From the NCBI RefSeq assembly GCF_000020025.1, contig NC_010628.1, forward strand, positions 600,001 to 632,000: a DNA stretch of 32,000 nt, in the 5' to 3' direction. Source of the DNA: Nostoc punctiforme PCC 73102. Lineage in GTDB: Bacteria; Cyanobacteriota; Cyanobacteriia; Cyanobacteriales; Nostocaceae. The stretch's first letter is position 1. Each line of letters begins with the position of its first letter. The position numbers and the translations under genes are program-made. The notes beneath the pieces were generated by a model. It made no database searches. It saw only the letters and a list, made by a program, of their open reading frames with translations, and was not told the DNA's origin. This document shows, in pieces, positions 27,751-32,000 of the stretch.

Positions 27751-28377
27751 CTACCAAACCTGACTTAAATCTAAAACAAACCTAGGTAGCAACGGTTCAC
27801 CAAAAAGTGTCTTAGGATTATCCAATTGTTCAACCGCAATATTAGGGCGATAAATAAAAACTCGGCGCTGTTTTCTATCAATTAACCAACCAAGTTGCGT
27901 CCCATTATCAATATACTCTTGCATCTTCTCTTGCAAAATTCGTAAGTTATCAGTCTCAGAACGCAATTCAATCACAAACTCAGGACAAATCGGTGCGAAT
28001 TTTTTTCGCAGTTCTGATGGTATGGCTTCCCAGCGATCGCGTTTTATCCACGCCGCATCTGGCGATGTCTACGACGGGCTACGCCTACGCACTGCACCAT
28101 TCGGCAAAGTAAATCCACCACTGGAACCAAACCCTACCCCTGTACCATCTTGCTTTGTCCAAATACCCAACTGAACAATAATATCAAAGTTATGTCGATC
28201 GGTTTCAGAACCAGTAGGGGGCATAATCACTAACTCTCCCACAGCAGTACGTTCAATGCGAAAATCACGGTTTAGCTGACAAAACTCATAAAACTGATCG
28301 TCAGTTAATGCGATCGCAGGTTGCAATTGCAAGACCATTGGTATAATTTCTGTGGCTATAGGTAAGTTAATGGTCAT
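27751..28377 (-). pseudogene. Uma2-family (DUF820, PD-(D/E)xK-like) nuclease gene interrupted by an in-frame 21-nt insertion carrying a stop
   Basis: The track ORFs 28069-28377 and 27751-27975 are in the same frame. Together they read MTINLPIATE...LTDDQFYEFCQLNRDFRIERTAVGELVIMPPTGSETDRHN...TLPNGAVR[RRSPS*T]SPDAAWIKRDRWEAIPSELRKKFAPICPEFVIELRSETDNLRILQEKMQEYIDNGTQLGWLIDRKQRRVFIYRP.... Confidence 0.85.
28067..28087 (+). repeat. 21-nt mini-insertion (SDR-like) splitting a HIP1 site inside the Uma2 gene
   Basis: TGGCGAT[GTCTACGACGGGCTACGCCTA]CGCACTG. Excision recreates GCGATCGC and the reading PNGAVRSPDAAW. The insert matches the reverse complement of the 24193-24213 insert at 19/21 positions. 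Confidence 0.85.
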
Positions 28378-28508
28378 AATTCATATTTTGGGGCTTCACC
28401 TGTCTTTAGGATATATCTTGGCAAAATTTTAGGGGTAGTTATGTAACCACCCCTTTATTGCCCTAATAATTTAGAATTTACTTGCAGACCCCTTAATGGG
28501 AAGTTAAT

Positions 28509-30134
28509 TTACTCGGAAATGTTAATCGAACTTTCAACTTGAGAATTAGCTAATGTTGGCGCAGAGAAAATCCGCGAGTACATACTTGATGGTTGTTGAT
28601 GAGCAACAACTGGTAGAACTTGACGAGCATGAGCGGCTAATTCTATTGCTTTCACATCATAAGTCTGCGTTGCCAATTTGGGATAGAAGCCGATACCGAT
28701 GATTGGCAGTAATAAACAAGCGGTAATAAATATTTCGCGGGGTTTGACATCAGATATTACAGCATCCAAGTGCAACTCTTGACTTTGTTCACCGTAGAAC
28801 ACTTGACGCAGCATCGACAGTAAATAGATTGGTGTCAAAATCACGCCAACTGCTGACAGCAGCACGACTACAATTTTGAAGCTGGAACTGTAAACATCAC
28901 TGGTGGCGATACCCAGAAATACCATCAACTCACCCACAAAGCCACTCATTCCGGGTAAGGCGAGAGAAGCCATTGAACCAATGGTAAACAGAGCAAAGGT
29001 TTTGGGCATTACCTTGGCCATACCGCCCATTTTATCCATCATCAAGGTGTGAGTGCGATCGTAAGTTACGCCAGACAGGAAGAACAAGCTAGCAGCAATC
29101 AATCCGTGGGAAACCATCTGTAGCACTGCACCGCTTATACCCAGTTCTGTGTAGGAGGCAATCCCAATCAGCACAAATCCCATGTGGGCAATTGAAGAGT
29201 AAGCCAAGCGGCGTTTGAGATTGGTTTGGGCAAAGGCACAGCAAGCACCGTAGACAATGTTAACCACACCCAAAATTGCCAGCACTGGGGCAAAAGTCAC
29301 ATGGGCATTGGGCAACATTTCCACATTGAAGCGGATGAGGGCATAACCACCCATTTTTAACAACACACCAGCCAAAATCATTGAACCGGGTGCTGATGCT
29401 TCACCGTGGGCATCAGGTAGCCAAGTGTGTAAAGGGAAAATCGGCAGTTTCACACCGAAGGCAATTAAGAAACCTGCATAAACCAATAATTCCAAGGTTT
29501 TGGGGTATTCTTTCATTCCCAGAGTTGCCATGTCGAAGGTGACGGTATCTCCAGAGAATGCCATTGCAAAACCGGCAATCAAGATAAATATTGATGCGGC
29601 GGCGGTGTAAAGAATGAATTTGGTAGCCGCATAACGGCGGTTTTGTCCTCCCCAAATGGAAATCAGCAGGTAAACCGGCACTAACTCGATTTCCCACATT
29701 AGGAAGAACAGCAGCAAGTCTTGGGCGACAAATACGCCAAGCTGGGCGCTGTACATCGCTAGCATCAAACCATAAAATAATCGCGGCTTGGTAGTTACTT
29801 TCCAAGCCGCGAATATTGCGAGGGTATTTATTAAGCCTGTCAGAAGCAGCAAGGGCATCGATAAACCATCAACCCCCACAGCCCAATGCAAACCTAATTG
29901 CGGTATCCAAGGATAGTTTTCTACAAATTGGAGTCTTGAACTCTGAAAGTCGTACTTATACCAAAAGGCATAAATCATCAGTGCAAAGTCAGCGATCGCA
30001 ACTCCCAGACCATACCAACGCACAGTTCTACCTTCTTTGTCTGGGATCAGGGGAATGGCTAAGGCAGCCACCAAGGGTAAGAGGATTATGGCTGTTAGCC
30101 AGGGAAATTCAATAGCATTCATCACTTCTGACAA
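28509..30134 (-). CDS. ndhD: NAD(P)H-quinone oxidoreductase (NDH-1) subunit 4, NdhD (541 aa)
   Basis: ...[48 protein letters not shown]...[25 protein letters not shown]...[33 protein letters not shown]...[11 protein letters not shown] is an unmistakable NdhD/NuoM-type antiporter-like subunit. The paralog class (D1-D4) was not resolved. Confidence 0.92.
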   Translation of the reverse strand: MSEVMNAIEFPWLTAIILLPLVAALAIPLIPDKEGRTVRWYGLGVAIADFALMIYAFWYKYDFQSSRLQFVENYPWIPQLGLHWAVGVDGLSMPLLLLTGLINTLAIFAAWKVTTKPRLFYGLMLAMYSAQLGVFVAQDLLLFFLMWEIELVPVYLLISIWGGQNRRYAATKFILYTAAASIFILIAGFAMAFSGDTVTFDMATLGMKEYPKTLELLVYAGFLIAFGVKLPIFPLHTWLPDAHGEASAPGSMILAGVLLKMGGYALIRFNVEMLPNAHVTFAPVLAILGVVNIVYGACCAFAQTNLKRRLAYSSIAHMGFVLIGIASYTELGISGAVLQMVSHGLIAASLFFLSGVTYDRTHTLMMDKMGGMAKVMPKTFALFTIGSMASLALPGMSGFVGELMVFLGIATSDVYSSSFKIVVVLLSAVGVILTPIYLLSMLRQVFYGEQSQELHLDAVISDVKPREIFITACLLLPIIGIGFYPKLATQTYDVKAIELAAHARQVLPVVAHQQPSSMYSRIFSAPTLANSQVESSINISE

Positions 30135-30539
30135 TCAATTTGCCTTCTCACTTTTAATTTCATTATATTAAGGAATCTATACTTTTGTAAACTATCTTGA
30201 ACTCTAGAAGATTAAACCTTAACTGTTTACAGGAATATATACTCATTGAATCTCAGATTATCAGGATAAAGAAGAATAAATACTTATGGTATTTTGACGG
30301 TTACCATTCTAAATGTAAACTTTTGCAACGTCAACTAAAGCCGCCGTTACAATACGGTTATATTTTCTAGTTAAGTTTAATTGTCGGTTTACATAAAATA
30401 TCGAGGCAGCTATAACTTCCAAGTTGCAAAACCTGGGATTATAGCTGCGTCAATATGTTGATGAAAAGAGTTGTGTAAACTATATTGCGTGGAAAGAAGA
30501 GCAGCCCTAAACAGTTGCAGATTGGTTTTCGAGGGGAAA

Positions 30540-30765
30540 AATCTGGCTTTTAAATATAATTGCAACAATTTCGAGCAATTGTCATTCTGGATAAACCTTT
30601 ACAATACGTTCACCATTTCAACAATTTTGGAAAGATACCCGATAGAGTTGATTCGTCCATGAGTTTTAGGGATTCTCAACTGGCTAGCTTTTTTATGGTT
30701 CTTCCAACGTCGGCTTTATTGTATGTTTGGAAAAGTTATAGTTTAGCTGAAATAGCGTACTGAAT
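30540..30765 (+). pseudogene. decayed DUF547-family gene fragment
   Basis: One frame reads ...NNFEQLSFWINLYNTFTISTILERYPIELIRP*, which matches the FWIN.YNA..I..I....P..SIR core of DUF547. A second frame continues ...FRDS...LLYVWKSYSLAEIAY*, corresponding to the ..GG..YSLddIE part. At least one frameshift is present, and both ends are missing. Confidence 0.45.
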
Positions 30766-30826
30766 TTCATGTATATAGACTAGAGCTACAGTCTATGAAA
30801 ATATATAAATAATTTTGCTTAATTAT

Positions 30827-30903
30827 AGGACTTACGCACACTCTACAAATTCTTCTCTTCTCTGCGATAAGTTAAGCTTTTTGGCAATTTTTGCGTAAGT
30901 CCT
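30827..30903. repeat. 12-bp inverted repeat pair AGGACTTACGCA / TGCGTAAGTCCT (Nostoc-type dispersed motif)
   Basis: The perfect 12-bp arms at 30827-30838 and 30892-30903 are separated by 53 nt. Related TTTTGCGTAAGTC/TTTTGCGTCAGTCCTAA copies occur at 7177-7189 and 15706-15722. Confidence 0.55.
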
Positions 30904-30918
30904 AAATTGCTGAGTCCG

Positions 30919-31197
30919 TTATGAATACTGAATTTTTAATGCAATAATCCCAATCAATACAGCAAGACCTAACGCTCTACGAAAATAATTGACCCCTTGA
31001 AATAATTCCAGCCACGCCCAAGTAAACAAAGAGCCATTTGCTACCACGTCTAAAACTGTATTGATTTTACCACTTGTAAAAATTAAAGCGAGTAAACTGG
31101 TTACTATCCAAACAATAAGTGGTAGGTTTGGCATCTGAGCTAAAACAATTTTGCCATCGCTGTCACGAAAAGTTTTATCAATTAATGTATTTTCCAT
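30919..31197 (-). CDS. small membrane protein (92 aa), hypothetical
   Basis: MENTLIDKTFRDSDGKIVLAQMPNLPLIVWIVTSLLALIF...AWLELFQGVNYFRRALGLAVLIGIIALK contains three hydrophobic helices. No family was recognised. Confidence 0.5.
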   Translation of the reverse strand: MENTLIDKTFRDSDGKIVLAQMPNLPLIVWIVTSLLALIFTSGKINTVLDVVANGSLFTWAWLELFQGVNYFRRALGLAVLIGIIALKIQYS

Positions 31198-31640
31198 TAT
31201 TTGAAATTGCTACCTCGCTACAAATGATTAACTTACAGAAACTATTTGATGGTCTATTGAGAATAGGATTACATTTAGTTGTAAATTCCTTAATCCTATT
31301 AAAACATCTAGGGAAATCTCTTTTCAAGCATCTAATTGCTGAGATTATGACTATGTTAATAGACGTACATACACTAACAATATATCTGTCGTAAGAATGA
31401 ATGCAATTTGGAGCAGTGAAGATTAGGGATGCTCACATCGTAATTATTTGGAAGTACGAGATGCCGCCGAGAAGGGTGACGATTAAACAGATTACTGAGT
31501 CATTGAATTAACGTGGCTGCCAGCTCGCCGCTAGCGCTCGTAAAATAAGATTAGTTCGAGATTCGACCTCAGATAAAAATACAGAAATTGACAAGTAGGA
31601 GTAATTCATGAATCGCCCCTACTATGTCTAGTTAATTGAC

Positions 31641-32000
31641 ATGGTATCTGAATTTATAGTAGCTACTATCGAGCAAAGCTTAAAACTCTTACAAACAGAT
31701 AAACCCTCTGCTGATGGGATTCTCTGGGCACAGGCACTCAATACCAAACCAAATTTGCAATTGTACAATGGCAAAGCCGAAACTGCTCTCGAGAGTTGGC
31801 AACAAGCTCAAAAATATTACGATCTAGCAGGCGATACAATGGGCAGCTTGGGTAGTCAAATTAACCAGGCACGCTTTACAAAGTTTGGGATTTTATCGCC
31901 GTTCTAAACAGCAGTTGGAGGAGCTAAATCAAAAGTTAGGAGCAATGCCAGATTCGGAAATTAAAGTTAGTGGGCTAAGAACGCTTGGTTTAGCCCTATT
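31641..32000 (+). pseudogene. TPR-like N-terminal region of the type found in cyanobacterial CHAT-domain proteins; frameshifted and running off the right edge
   Basis: Frame 0 reads ...AQALNTKPNLQLYNGKAETALESWQQAQKYYDLAGDTMGSLGSQINQA, then hits a stop at 31905. Frame +1 from about 31873 continues ALQSLGFYRRSKQQLEELNQKLGAMPDSEIKVSGLRTLGLAL, open to the window end. The family call rests on memory of similar Nostoc proteins only. Confidence 0.35.

Noticed and set aside
31119-31394. A 91-aa plus-strand ORF.
   Set aside because: It partly overlaps the more plausible membrane-protein gene at 30919-31197 in antisense. Its sequence is AT-rich and low-complexity.

Overview
This looks like a chromosomal segment of a filamentous, heterocyst-type cyanobacterium (Nostocales-like). 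The evidence is many HIP1 octamers (GCGATCGC), STRR-like heptamer arrays, xisH/xisI, ndhD, crtQ and ycf46/ycf35. Housekeeping genes alternate with decayed accessory patches. The housekeeping set is zeta-carotene desaturase, an IscA-type Fe-S carrier, a TIGR01777 epimerase-family protein, a Cu(I) P1B-ATPase, a CPBP protease, NdhD and an RHH/ycf46/ycf35 operon. The accessory patches are: (1) an IS4-superfamily IS (7828-9279, 6-bp TSD) splitting an FHA gene; (2) a group II intron (13399 to about 15587) whose RT/maturase/HNH ORF has two -1 frameshifts in poly-A runs; (3) a graveyard of Uma2-nuclease, parDE and xisHI relics containing a 160-bp MITE. The most notable observation is three 21-23-nt mini-insertions. 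Each lies exactly inside a HIP1 octamer (GCGAT^CGC), and each breaks an ORF that excision restores perfectly. One of them has an empty paralogous site in this same window. A fourth, 25-nt insertion fuses xisH to xisI. I did not find a clear-cut novel multi-gene system. The best follow-up candidates are the HIP1-splitting mini-elements, the function-unknown RHH/AAA+/DUF1257 operon, a 191-aa glycine-zipper protein in an AT-rich islet, in-frame heptamer repeats inside the Cu-ATPase, and a 1.6-kb ORF-free AT-rich tract. No rRNA, tRNA or CRISPR array was seen. All homology calls come from reading the translations, not from searches.
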